A DNA stretch of 19,457 bases, from contig JAHAAN010000020.1 of the NCBI GenBank assembly GCA_018376855.1, positions 1 through 19,457 on the forward strand. The letters are read 5' to 3'. This DNA is from Clostridiales bacterium. Lineage in GTDB: Bacteria; Bacillota; Clostridia; Christensenellales; QALW01. Below the pieces are notes generated by a model. The model ran no database searches and was not told the origin of the DNA. It was given only the letters and a program-made list of their open reading frames with translations. A program made the position numbers and the translations under genes. Position 1 is the first letter of the stretch, and the number at the start of each line of letters is the position of its first letter. Of the stretch, positions 1 to 7,905 are shown piece after piece.

Positions 1-186
1 CGGATTTTTGATCCGGTATGTAATCCCCGCGTACCAGTCAACGTCCTTCTGCCGCTGCTCCCTGCGCCCGTCCCGATGTCCGCCAAAGTACGCAAGCAGA
101 ATCACCGCCAGCATCAGCAGAATCAGGATTACAATGCCGCCGTTGCTGGTTGACGCCGCGCTGTGCCACCATTGTAAAAAGTTCAT
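1..186 (-). CDS. Partial small membrane protein. The N-terminus lies in the window and the gene runs off the left edge (MNFLQWWHSAASTSNGGIVILILLMLAVILLAYFGG...). Possibly phage-associated.
   Basis: Minus-strand ATG at 186 overlaps the stop of the upstream XRE gene in an ATGA arrangement. The frame stays open to position 1 and has one clear hydrophobic TM segment. It is absent from the ORF track because no stop falls inside the window. Confidence 0.35.
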   Translation of the reverse strand, partial: MNFLQWWHSAASTSNGGIVILILLMLAVILLAYFGGHRDGRREQRQKDVDWYAGITYRIKNP

Positions 187-422
187 GTTTTCACCCCCAT
201 GACAGTCGATCTTTCAGCGTCGTCAAATTGCAGCACGGCGCACAGCCGCAAAAGCTCGTCGTAACGGAACGTTTTTGGATTACGCAGCTTTGCTGATATT
301 GTTGGCGGCGTCATACGGATTTTGGGCGCAAGCTTTGCCTGCGTCAGTCCCAACTTAGTCATGTGATATGCTGTAATCGCTTTAAATTCAGTATAATTTG
401 CTTCCATGTAGTCTTTGGTCAT
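183..422 (-). CDS. XRE-family helix-turn-helix transcriptional regulator (Cro-like), 79 aa.
   Basis: The segment TAYHMTKLGLTQAKLAPKIRMTPPTISAKLRN is a classic XRE HTH. It sits directly downstream of the antirepressor, and the ATG at 422 is preceded by an RBS. Confidence 0.7.
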   Translation of the reverse strand: MTKDYMEANYTEFKAITAYHMTKLGLTQAKLAPKIRMTPPTISAKLRNPKTFRYDELLRLCAVLQFDDAERSTVMGVKT

Positions 423-435
423 TGCTTTTCACCCC

Positions 436-1173
436 CTAAATAAATCTTCGCAGCGCGTCAATCACGTTATCAAAGTACCTAAACGACTGCACCTCTTTAT
501 TACAGCTCTTTGCTTTATCACAAAACCAAGCCCCATATTGCTCCGTTTTGAGATCATGACGGTTTGTAAGCACGCCAACCTTGTTAGCAGATATTCCCAG
601 TTTGTCCCCAATTTCGGCGGCGGTGTATGTCTTTCGCGGAAGTTCCGGCAGTGGCAGAAGATGCTCCCCCGTCAACTCCTTAGTAGCGTAAGAATTAAGC
701 ACTTGCCTGTATGTACCGTTGTACTGCTCGGCCAACCGCGTCAGAATTTGCGCCTTGCGGATTTTCGCATTTTCAGATCGCGTGTTTGCAATCATGGTTT
801 GATATTGCGTCATGCCGACAAGCTTCGTTTCACCTTTTCGCAGCGATTTCAAAATTCCGCGAATCCATGTGCGGAATTCCCGCGCCTTATCTGTTTTCGC
901 AAGCATGGTTATTTCGTAGATACCATCCTCTGTGAAAACGCGAGTATTTTGAGTTCCTCCATCAGGGGTACCCATTTTGACTACCCCTGAAAAATCACTG
1001 TTTTTAAGGTAATCATTACGCTCAAGAATCTTGCTAATAGCTTGCTTGGGATGCGAATATCCCAAACATTCACCCAACTGTTCAGTAGTCATATACGGCT
1101 CATTGTTTCTCTGATAAATATCCGCTTGTACTTCTCCAAATTTAGCGGATTTAATTAACTGCAATTCGCTCAT
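436..1173 (-). CDS. Phage antirepressor, Bro-N N-terminal domain plus KilA-C/ORF6C-like C-terminal domain.
   Basis: The N-terminus SELQLIKSAKFGEVQADIYQRNNEPYMTTEQLGECLGYS matches a Bro-N domain, and the C-terminal half resembles the KilA-C domain of antirepressors. The likely start is the ATG at 1173 (MSELQL), preceded by AAAGGA. The track's longer form begins with TTG at 1191. The stop codon is TAG. Confidence 0.75.
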   Translation of the reverse strand: MSELQLIKSAKFGEVQADIYQRNNEPYMTTEQLGECLGYSHPKQAISKILERNDYLKNSDFSGVVKMGTPDGGTQNTRVFTEDGIYEITMLAKTDKAREFRTWIRGILKSLRKGETKLVGMTQYQTMIANTRSENAKIRKAQILTRLAEQYNGTYRQVLNSYATKELTGEHLLPLPELPRKTYTAAEIGDKLGISANKVGVLTNRHDLKTEQYGAWFCDKAKSCNKEVQSFRYFDNVIDALRRFI

Positions 1174-1187
1174 GTGTTTTTCCTTTC

Positions 1188-1364
1188 TCAACTTTCTGTT
1201 CTTTTTGCAGCCGCTTCAAACTCTGCAAGATGTTCTTCTGACACGCGATACATTTTCCCGATCTTCATAGCCTTCAACTTGCCGGATCTGATCCAGTCCC
1301 ATACGGTAATTTTTTTAACTCCGTACCGATTCGCCACATACTCGCAGCTATATAATGGTTTCAT
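1188..1364 (-). CDS. Small excisionase/MerR-type HTH DNA-binding protein, 58 aa (MKPLYSCEYVANRYGVKKITVWDWIRSGKLKAMKIGKMYRVSEEHLAEFEAAAKRTES).
   Basis: A complete ORF with ATG at 1364 and TGA at 1188-1190. The motif ITVWDWIRSGKL...KIGKMYRV is typical of the excisionase-family HTH. It falls below the size cutoff of the ORF track. It sits at the head of the leftward operon, divergent from the cI-like gene. Confidence 0.55.
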   Translation of the reverse strand: MKPLYSCEYVANRYGVKKITVWDWIRSGKLKAMKIGKMYRVSEEHLAEFEAAAKRTES

Positions 1365-1391
1365 GCTTTATCCCTCCTTTGCTATTGTGTT

Positions 1392-1512
1392 TTGTTCGGT
1401 TATGTGATACACTAAATAATAAAACCTATCTATAATTCAAAATACCGAACTTTTAATACAGTATAATTCATTATTCCGAATTTGTCAATAGTGTTTTTTC
1501 GGTATTTTGAAT
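1392..1512. promoter_or_regulatory. Divergent promoter/operator region of the lysogeny-switch-like module.
   Basis: A perfect 14-bp inverted repeat: TTCAAAATACCGAA at 1436-1449 and TTCGGTATTTTGAA at 1498-1511. Two more TTCGG(T/A)AT-type half-sites occur at 1394-1402 and 1473-1481. TATAAT hexamers lie at 1431-1436 and 1462-1467. The region is AT-rich and lies between divergently transcribed HTH genes. Confidence 0.45.
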
Positions 1513-1531
1513 TTTTTAAAGGGAGATCTTT

Positions 1532-1987
1532 ATGTACGAAATTTTTGAACAATTATTACATGAAAAAGGCGTTAAAGTAGCTGATGTATGCAACGCAACT
1601 GGATTAAAACCATCCACTATTTCCGAGTGGAAAAATGGCAAATCGCAATTAAGAATAGATAAATTGCTATCACTCGCCAAATATTTCGGAGTATCGCTTG
1701 ATTATTTATGCGGAAACGAAATAGGCGAACCAACACTAATAATAAAAGCAATTACCCCGCCTAACGTAGAGGCGTTACAGCGAGTATATAGCCAACTGAA
1801 CACAACAGGACAAGACAAGGTAATCGCTTATGCCGAAGACTTAATACAAAGCGGCCTGTATAAAAAAGATTCCCCCGTCCACCTCATAGCAGCACGAGGA
1901 GACGGGGGTGTGAAAGAATTGTCTGAAGAAGAATACCAAAAACTAAAAAAAGCTGTGCAGGCCATGCCGATAGTGGACGACCTATAA
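1532..1987 (+). CDS. XRE-family repressor (cI/ImmR-like), 151 aa, with an N-terminal HTH and a C-terminal extension.
   Basis: The segment VADVCNATGLKPSTISEWKNGKSQLRIDKLLSLAKYFGVSLDYL is an XRE HTH. An RBS GGGAG lies 7 nt upstream of the ATG. The gene is paired with the adjacent ImmA-type protease gene. Confidence 0.75.
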   Translation: MYEIFEQLLHEKGVKVADVCNATGLKPSTISEWKNGKSQLRIDKLLSLAKYFGVSLDYLCGNEIGEPTLIIKAITPPNVEALQRVYSQLNTTGQDKVIAYAEDLIQSGLYKKDSPVHLIAARGDGGVKELSEEEYQKLKKAVQAMPIVDDL

Positions 1988-2560
1988 ACGATGCGATTTT
2001 ATGTATTTGCGGAACTGCCGCTCTACTTTACGCTCTAATGGAGACATACCAAAACATGACCGCCCGCGGTCGATGAGGAATCGTTTTTCCCTGTCATATA
2101 GCTCTTGTAATCGTTCCATGCGGTATTCAGCTGCCGTTTGCGATATTTGGCACAACTCGGCTATTTGTTCGGCGTTCGTTACGCCCAGATCCCTAAGTAC
2201 AATAGCCGGCGCGAGCAAGCGAGCTGCAAACACATTGGCAGCTTGTTCTTTTGGATCATCCTTTGCACTTGGGTCGTGGTACACAACACCATATTTATCC
2301 GTGTGGCCGAGTAAAATGTGCCCTAACTCATGAGCCGCGGAAAAACGTTGTCGCACAGACGGATCATCGCCATTTACGATTATGGTTGGGCAGTTGTCAA
2401 TAAGAGTAGTATAACCTCCCGGTTTAAGCGTACTCCTACGGATATCAACTCCCATTTGGCGGCATAAACCTACCATGCTGACAGGCAACTCTGTGATTTT
2501 TTCGCAGATTAGGATTTCCCACGCAAGATCGCGGCTTGCTTGATAGTCTGTATATTTCAT
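1982..2560 (-). CDS. ImmA/IrrE-family zinc metallopeptidase (DUF955), 192 aa.
   Basis: Contains the HEXXH motif HELGHILLGH and the conserved context around it. Start is ATG at 2560 (MKYTDYQ) with a GGAGGTG RBS 8 nt upstream. It converges on the XRE repressor gene with a 6-nt overlap. The stop codon is TAG. Confidence 0.8.
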   Translation of the reverse strand: MKYTDYQASRDLAWEILICEKITELPVSMVGLCRQMGVDIRRSTLKPGGYTTLIDNCPTIIVNGDDPSVRQRFSAAHELGHILLGHTDKYGVVYHDPSAKDDPKEQAANVFAARLLAPAIVLRDLGVTNAEQIAELCQISQTAAEYRMERLQELYDREKRFLIDRGRSCFGMSPLERKVERQFRKYIKSHRL

Positions 2561-2741
2561 ACATACAACACCTCCACTGGCATTGTATGTCGTAATTTGT
2601 CGTTTGTACACTGGATAGTTATGGTTGGTAATTATTTTCCTGTTTTGTAAAATTAAAAATTTTGTATAAAATGTTGATTTATAAGAAATTATGTGCTAAT
2701 ATACAATTAAAAACAATTTTATATACAAATTAGGAGAAATT

Positions 2742-3236
2742 ATGAAAAAAGAAACAAAAGTCGCATCCATAGTAGTTGGAAGCATTTTAGTCGTTGGATC
2801 TGTTGGCGGAATTATAAGCAGCAACAACAACGCAACTGTAAACAATAGCGCAACAAACACAGCCGAAGCCACAACGAAACTGGCTATTTATACAACCTAT
2901 ACGCCAGCCCCATCAAACATTGAAGATTTGATTACCGTAACACCCACTATTACGCCAGCAATAACGGATGCTGCAACGGGACACCCAACCGTAACAAATA
3001 CGGCGAAACCTACCAACAAGCCTACTGTGACGCCAAAACCTACCGCAAAAAAGAAAGACTTAGTATATTGGGGCGAAAGCGGCGACAAAGTACACACTAC
3101 ACAGTGCCGCACAATCACCAATTTAGTGCAAGGCACTTTAGCAGAAGCTCACAGTGCAGGTCATACAGAATGGTGTAAAATATGTTCTCGCGGCATGACT
3201 GACGAACAATATTACTCTACTCACGAAAAGGGATGA
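2742..3236 (+). CDS. Membrane-anchored protein, 164 aa, with an N-terminal TM helix, a Thr/Pro/Asn-rich low-complexity linker and a small C-terminal His/Cys3 domain (putative zinc-binding).
   Basis: AGGAGA RBS before the ATG. The hydrophobic segment VASIVVGSILVVGSVGGII is followed by a TP-rich spacer. The C-terminus reads VYWGESGDKVHTTQCRTITNLVQGTLAEAHSAGHTEWCKIC. Confidence 0.6.
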   Translation: MKKETKVASIVVGSILVVGSVGGIISSNNNATVNNSATNTAEATTKLAIYTTYTPAPSNIEDLITVTPTITPAITDAATGHPTVTNTAKPTNKPTVTPKPTAKKKDLVYWGESGDKVHTTQCRTITNLVQGTLAEAHSAGHTEWCKICSRGMTDEQYYSTHEKG

Positions 3237-3240
3237 TCCT

Positions 3241-3438
3241 ATGGGATATGGCGGTTTTAGTTGGAGACGTGCATTGGGCATTACCAAAGCAAAACGCAAA
3301 ATCAGTCGTGCAACGGGCATCCCCCTCACGAAAGCAGGTAGACATAGGAAAATTGGAAAAGCGATAACCGGCGGCGGATGCTTGCTATATGTCATTTACG
3401 TTGTGATAATTGCATTATTTGTATTGTGGATATTATAA
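3241..3438 (+). CDS. Small hypothetical protein, 65 aa, with a basic N-terminus and a C-terminal TM segment.
   Basis: The ORF begins 5 nt after the preceding stop and carries a hydrophobic tail LLYVIYVVIIALFVLWIL. No recognisable domain. Confidence 0.3.
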   Translation: MGYGGFSWRRALGITKAKRKISRATGIPLTKAGRHRKIGKAITGGGCLLYVIYVVIIALFVLWIL

Positions 3439-3472
3439 AAACGATGATGAAGTAAAAAGGAACTTAATTACA

Positions 3473-4534
3473 ATGGCAACAGCAAAAAAGCTTCCATCAG
3501 GCCGATGGCGCTGCATTATCTATATAGGAAAAGACGAAAACGGAAAACGCATATATAAATCCGTAACCGGAGACACGAAAAAAGAAGCTGAATATGCGGC
3601 ATTGGAGTACGCAAACAATGCGCATATACAGGCCGCAAATGCAGATAAACTTACCTTTGCGCAGGCTGCTGTTGCCTATGTCGCGCAAAAAGACGCTGTG
3701 CTGTCCCCCAGTACACTAATGGAATATACCCGTTTAGCCAATCGTGGCTTTGGCGATTTTGGAAAATTATTTGTGGATGATATTACTCAAACCGATATAG
3801 ATAAATTGGTAAATACTTGGGCAAGTCAGGGTACATCCCCTAAAACAATCCGCAACAGACACGGTTTTCTAACTACCGTCATGCGTTCACAGCGGCCTGA
3901 TTTTTCTATTCACACAAAGCTACCGCAGAAAATAAAAACGGAATTTTACATTCCGGAACCAGCCCAAATTCAACGAATCTATGAATATACAAAAGGAACA
4001 CCGGTTGAACTGCCATTCCTCCTTACCTCTCAGCTTGGTTTGAGATCAAGCGAAATTGCAGGACTGCAAGTAAAGCATATAGACTTCAGCCGCAACGAAT
4101 TAACAATAACACAGGCCCGTGTAGTCTCTAATTCCGGAACATCTGTTAAAACGCCGAAAACATTTGCGGGTAATCGCACTATACCATTCGGCTCTATTGT
4201 TGCATCTGTATTACAGGCAGCATGCAACGGCAAATCAGCAACCGATTTTATTTATGCAGGCAATACAAGAAACATTCGATACGCTTGGACTGCTCTGCTA
4301 AAGCAGAACAATGAACCATACTTTCGATTTTATACGCTCCGCCATTTTTTCGCATCGCAGGCCTTGCTAAAAGGCATTCCGCAACGATATATTGCTGAAT
4401 TGATGGGGCACTCTTCGGAAAAAATGATCGAAACGGTTTATCAGCATACCTTTAAAAATGCCAAACAAAACTTTGCAAATTTAATGGCAGAAAACTCAGA
4501 TTCTCTACTCAGAAAACCTCAAAATGCAACATGA
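3473..4534 (+). CDS. int: Tyrosine-type site-specific recombinase/integrase, 353 aa.
   Basis: An N-terminal arm-binding-like segment KKLPSGRWRCIIYIGKDENGKR. The C-terminal catalytic region reads LRHFFASQALLKGIPQRYIAELMGHSSEKMIETVYQH, which has the R..H..R..Y pattern. It lies at the end of the element, directly beside tRNA-Lys. Confidence 0.85.
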   Translation: MATAKKLPSGRWRCIIYIGKDENGKRIYKSVTGDTKKEAEYAALEYANNAHIQAANADKLTFAQAAVAYVAQKDAVLSPSTLMEYTRLANRGFGDFGKLFVDDITQTDIDKLVNTWASQGTSPKTIRNRHGFLTTVMRSQRPDFSIHTKLPQKIKTEFYIPEPAQIQRIYEYTKGTPVELPFLLTSQLGLRSSEIAGLQVKHIDFSRNELTITQARVVSNSGTSVKTPKTFAGNRTIPFGSIVASVLQAACNGKSATDFIYAGNTRNIRYAWTALLKQNNEPYFRFYTLRHFFASQALLKGIPQRYIAELMGHSSEKMIETVYQHTFKNAKQNFANLMAENSDSLLRKPQNAT

Positions 4535-4569
4535 AATGCAACATAAAATGCAACATAAAATGCAAAAAG
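4521..4569. repeat. About 12-bp tandem repeat AAATGCAACAT(G/A), roughly 3.5 copies, spanning the integrase stop codon.
   Basis: Direct reading gives aaatgcaacatg aaatgcaacata aaatgcaacata aaatgcaaaaag. Confidence 0.6.
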
Positions 4570-4590
4570 CCCCGATTTTCGGGGCTTTTA
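4566..4590. terminator. Bidirectional rho-independent terminator between the integrase (+) and the tRNA operon (-).
   Basis: The hairpin is GCCCCG-attttC-GGGGC, flanked by an A-run on one side and a T-run on the other, so there are T tracts on both strands. Confidence 0.7.
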
Positions 4591-4666
4591 TGGTGATCCA
4601 TCCGGGATTCGAACCCGGGACACCCTGATTAAAAGTCAGGTGCTCTACCGACTGAGCTAATGAATC
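4591..4666 (-). tRNA. tRNA-Lys (anticodon UUU), with an encoded CCA.
   Basis: Cloverleaf built by hand. The acceptor GATTCAT pairs with ATGGATC, the anticodon stem-loop is CCTGA-cTTTTaa-TCAGG, and the T-arm is CCGGGTTCGAATCCCGG. Confidence 0.85.
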
Positions 4667-4675
4667 ATAACAAAA

Positions 4676-4750
4676 TGGCTGGGGAGGAAGGGATCGAACC
4701 TTCGCATGTCGGAATCAAAATCCGATGCCTTACCGCTTGGCTACACCCCA
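4676..4750 (-). tRNA. tRNA-Gln (anticodon UUG), with an encoded CCA.
   Basis: The 5' end is TGGGGTGTAGCCAAGCGGTAAGGCA. The anticodon arm is TCGGA-ttTTGat-TCCGA and the T-arm is GAAGGTTCGATCCCTTC. Confidence 0.8.
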
Positions 4751-4763
4751 ATAAAAGAAAAAG

Positions 4764-4841
4764 TGGGGCGAGTAGTGAGAGTCGAACCCACGACCTCCAG
4801 AGCCACAATCTGGCGCTCTAACCAACTGAGCTATACCCGCC
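4764..4841 (-). tRNA. tRNA-His (anticodon GUG), with an encoded G-1 and CCA.
   Basis: Reads G-GCGGGTATAGCTCAGTTGGTTAGAGC. The anticodon arm is CCAGA-ttGTGgc-TCTGG. G-1 pairs with the discriminator C, which is the hallmark of tRNA-His. Confidence 0.85.
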
Positions 4842-4857
4842 GTATAAAGGATAAAAG

Positions 4858-4934
<77 letters not shown>

Positions 4935-4937
4935 AAA

Positions 4938-5011
4938 TGGAGCGGGTGATGGGAATCGAACCCACGCAACCAGCTTGGAAGGCTGGGGCTCTACCATTGA
5001 GCTACACCCGC
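4938..5011 (-). tRNA. tRNA-Gly (anticodon UCC), with an encoded CCA.
   Basis: Reads GCGGGTGTAGCTCAATGGTAGAGC. The anticodon arm is CCAGC-cTTCCaa-GCTGG and the T-arm is GTGGGTTCGATTCCCAT. Confidence 0.85.
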
Positions 5012-5041
5012 GCATAAATATCTATCGCTCAAACACGTGGT

Positions 5042-5070
5042 ATTATATTACGATTATTTGCATTTGTCAA
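5042..5070 (-). promoter_or_regulatory. Consensus sigma70/sigA promoter for the tRNA operon (Gly-Arg-His-Gln-Lys).
   Basis: The minus strand reads TTGACA-N17-TATAAT exactly. This is the complement of 5065-5070 and of 5042-5047. It lies about 30 nt upstream of the tRNA-Gly 5' end. Confidence 0.7.
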
Positions 5071-5213
5071 CGCATTTTTATCGTTCAGCCATAAAAATCA
5101 GCGTTGTTTGCCACAAAGATCGTACTTTGCAAACAGAATATTGACCGTTTGGCTGCCGGCATGTTATAATAATGATAATATATGAAAACGATGTTGAAAA
5201 GGGGGGCATTCCT

Positions 5214-5597
5214 TTGAACTATCAGGTCCCGAATTATTATGTGCAGCCGCAAACCGGAAAATGCATTGCGGCGATTGTCCTTGGCGCCATATCGCTTCTG
5301 CTTTGCGGAAACGTCGTCTTCGGCATTGCCGCGATTGTCCTTGGTGCGATAGGCTATAACAACGGCACCGCCGCTCGGAACGCTATTCTGTACAATCAGT
5401 CTGTCATCGCGAACCAGCAGGCAGCGCTTTGCAATAAATACGGAAAACTCGGTTTAATTTTAGGAATCATCGGCATTGCGCTGATGGTGCTGCTGATCAT
5501 TCTATGGACTGCGCTGATCATTAACAATATCCCCTACTTGCCGGAATTTCCCGGATTCTCAGATTTCTTCGACCAATACTACAATGCAATTCGGTAA
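5214..5597 (+). CDS. DUF4190-family small membrane protein with a Tyr/Gln/Pro-rich N-terminus.
   Basis: AIVLGAIG and GKLGLILGIIGIALMVL match the DUF4190 pattern (AIVLGHIA...G.AIAGLVLGYI). The likely start is TTG at 5214, after a GGGGGG RBS. The track's ATG at 5172 lacks an RBS. There is an internal nucleotide repeat at 5263-5289 and 5326-5352. A TTGACC-N18-TATAAT promoter lies at 5138-5167. Confidence 0.55.
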   Translation: MNYQVPNYYVQPQTGKCIAAIVLGAISLLLCGNVVFGIAAIVLGAIGYNNGTAARNAILYNQSVIANQQAALCNKYGKLGLILGIIGIALMVLLIILWTALIINNIPYLPEFPGFSDFFDQYYNAIR

Positions 5598-5961
5598 ACG
5601 AGCCATATAACAACAGCGCAGGTTATTATGATAAATAACAGAAAAATTATTGTGAAAAAATTGCATGTTTTTATAACCCTGATAACACATGAATATCTAA
5701 GTAATTGGCATCTTTCGGATTTTTGTATAAATTATATTCAATATTTTTCTATGGAACAGATATGACGCGCCGAAAAGCATTGGAAAGGTCTGTCGGGAAC
5801 TATGAGGACATATTGCAGAATGATACATGTCCCAAGGATTCCTTGAAAAATTTCAGCAAAATATTGAGTTAAAAAAATTCCGGATACGCAAAGCCATAGC
5901 GTTGGTCTTTCAATGAAAGATGAAAGAAGATTTTATTGAGATGAGCGGCAAGGTCAAAACT

Positions 5962-6432
5962 TTATAATTTGCACACCATTATATATTCTTCCTCATTCTC
6001 ACTGAACACCTTAAACCCGACTTTTTTATACATGCCCACTGCATAATTTGCTTTCTGCACGGAAAGCGACACCTGTTTATAGCCTTTGCTTTTCAGAAGC
6101 CGCAGCATAGCCCGCATAAGCGCCGTACCGATTCCCAAACGGCGATACTCCTCATAAAGAGATATAGCAAGCGAAGGAGTTTCGTTATCAATATGGCCAT
6201 AATCCCTCATGATACGCGCCCATACAGCTCCTGCAATTTTCCCTTCCGATTCGGCAACTAAGCATCTATCGTCTTTTTTCCCGAAATCGGCAACATATAC
6301 TTGCAGCTCCGGCTGTTCAATAATAGCTCTCGGCGGCTTCTCCATTCCATCGGGAACAAAAATCGCTTCATATAAAAGATCTGACAGTATTGAATATTCG
6401 CTTGGTCTGATTTCTCTGATCCGATAACCCAT
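5962..6432 (-). CDS. GNAT-family N-acetyltransferase, 156 aa.
   Basis: The segment RRLGIGTALMRAMLRLLKSKGYKQVSL is the acetyl-CoA-binding motif A (R/Q-x-x-G-x-G/A). Confidence 0.8.
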   Translation of the reverse strand: MGYRIREIRPSEYSILSDLLYEAIFVPDGMEKPPRAIIEQPELQVYVADFGKKDDRCLVAESEGKIAGAVWARIMRDYGHIDNETPSLAISLYEEYRRLGIGTALMRAMLRLLKSKGYKQVSLSVQKANYAVGMYKKVGFKVFSENEEEYIMVCKL

Positions 6433-6452
6433 CTCAGCAGCTCCCCACTAAT

Positions 6453-7036
6453 TCATTTAAGCCAATACAAGCCCTCGTTTGAAGCCTGAATTTTCGCCCC
6501 GTTGGGAACCTGCCGAATTATGGAAACGACATCCATATAATCCGGAGATGGCAAAATCATTCCCATAAAGGCGGGAACAACACAGACCGTCAACAAAGCC
6601 TTCCATTGCAGCGGACAAACAAGAAAAACTGCAAGCGGGATCACCCCCAGCAGCATCGGCGAGAGCGACATAACAATATAACGGCCTTTCTTTATCGGGC
6701 AAAACGACACCGCATATGCTGTCGCCTTTTTAGGCACACGCCCACATAAACTTTTGCGTTTTTCGGGCAGCACAAGGCATGAAGAAATTCATGCACGGGT
6801 ATCAGCAAAAAACGATAACAAAGCTTAACGGCATAAACCGAAAGTCAAAAATAAACGCATTGGCTGCGCTTTTTTAACACGCAGGCAAAGCATAGGATCA
6901 ACGGAATGATCCCATACGGTATCGACGCTTTTAACAGGTTATCAGGTCTTTTTATTTTTACTGTGTTTTCCGGAGCCTGCCCATCAGGAAAGTCCTTCTC
7001 CCACTCTTGGTGGCCCTCCCAAACGATTTTCCCCAT
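6453..7036 (-). pseudogene. DUF3267-like putative zincin membrane peptidase, broken into at least 3 reading frames.
   Basis: The N-part (MGKIVWEGHQEWEKDFPDGQAPENTVKIKRPDNLL...) and the C-part (...VPKKATAYAVSF...SLSPMLLGVIPLAVFL...PDYMDVVSIIRQVPNGAKIQ) both match the DUF3267 pattern but lie in different frames. The HExxH-containing segment LIPVHEFLHALCCPK is readable in a third frame at about 6760-6815. The frame breaks sit near homopolymer runs. Confidence 0.5.
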
Positions 7037-7071
7037 ACGACCACCCCAAATCCCCAATTTTCCCGCCTTAC

Positions 7072-7536
7072 TTATAAACAAAACAGCTTGGGCGTTACCA
7101 TGCCGTCCTCAACGGTAAGGGAGGCATAGGTCGCGCGGCTCCTGCCCATTGCGCCCGGACAAACCAAACAGATTCCCTGCTCAAACGCAATATCCGCAGC
7201 ATGCGTATGCCCGTACAACACCGCCTGAACCCTCAGCTCCAAAGCGCGGTACAGCAGCCGCTGCAAGCCGTATTTCACCGCGCAAGTATGCCCATGCAGC
7301 AGCAGGATACGCGCGCCCTCCAGCGTAATGATCTCCTCAAGCGGTTTATCCGATCCGAAATCTCCGTTGCCGCGCACGGAATAAACCGGCTTTTTCGTAA
7401 GCGGCGCAAACGCTTCCGCGTCGGACACATAATCGCCCAAATGCGCATAGGCGGCGCCGTCCCGCGTCAGCGCAAGAAACCTTTCAAAGCCATCCCGATA
7501 TCCGTGCGTATCGGAAAACGCATAAATTTGTTTCAT
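7072..7536 (-). CDS. YfcE/MJ0936-family metallophosphoesterase (phosphodiesterase), 154 aa.
   Basis: The motifs FSDTHG, HLGDY, GNGD and LLHGHTH together form the calcineurin-like phosphoesterase signature. Confidence 0.8.
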   Translation of the reverse strand: MKQIYAFSDTHGYRDGFERFLALTRDGAAYAHLGDYVSDAEAFAPLTKKPVYSVRGNGDFGSDKPLEEIITLEGARILLLHGHTCAVKYGLQRLLYRALELRVQAVLYGHTHAADIAFEQGICLVCPGAMGRSRATYASLTVEDGMVTPKLFCL

Positions 7537-7905
7537 TTTAATTTCTATACCTCACTGAATTTATAGCGCGGTTTTGTTCGCGAAAACAAGGCGGAAGCAC
7601 ACACGGGCGGAATTTTTTGCTTAAGGCATTTCTAAAACGCTTTTCTAAAAATACGCTGAGTATTGCTCCGCTCGCATCGGCGTTTCCACTCTCTTAAAAG
7701 AGAACGGCAGCCTAAACGGCTTTCAATCCGCAAACTCACTTCACTTGATATTGAAAGTAAAGCTCCACTTTAAAATAATACCCCTGAAAAATCCAAAGAC
7801 CCTTCCAACAAAAAACAGCCATAGCTTATTCCGGCCAAAAAAATCTTTCGGCGCTGTGTCTCACAGCTGCAAAACAGGCGGCCGATAGGCCGCCCGCAAT
7901 ACTTT

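Noticed and set aside
415-990. 191-aa plus-strand ORF
   Set aside because: It is antisense to the Bro-N antirepressor gene, which has clear family motifs.
5761-5871. 36-codon ORF (MTRRKALERSVGNYEDILQNDTCPKDSLKNFSKILS) in the 5.6-5.96 kb intergenic region
   Set aside because: Weak RBS, no features, too short to judge. Left uncalled.
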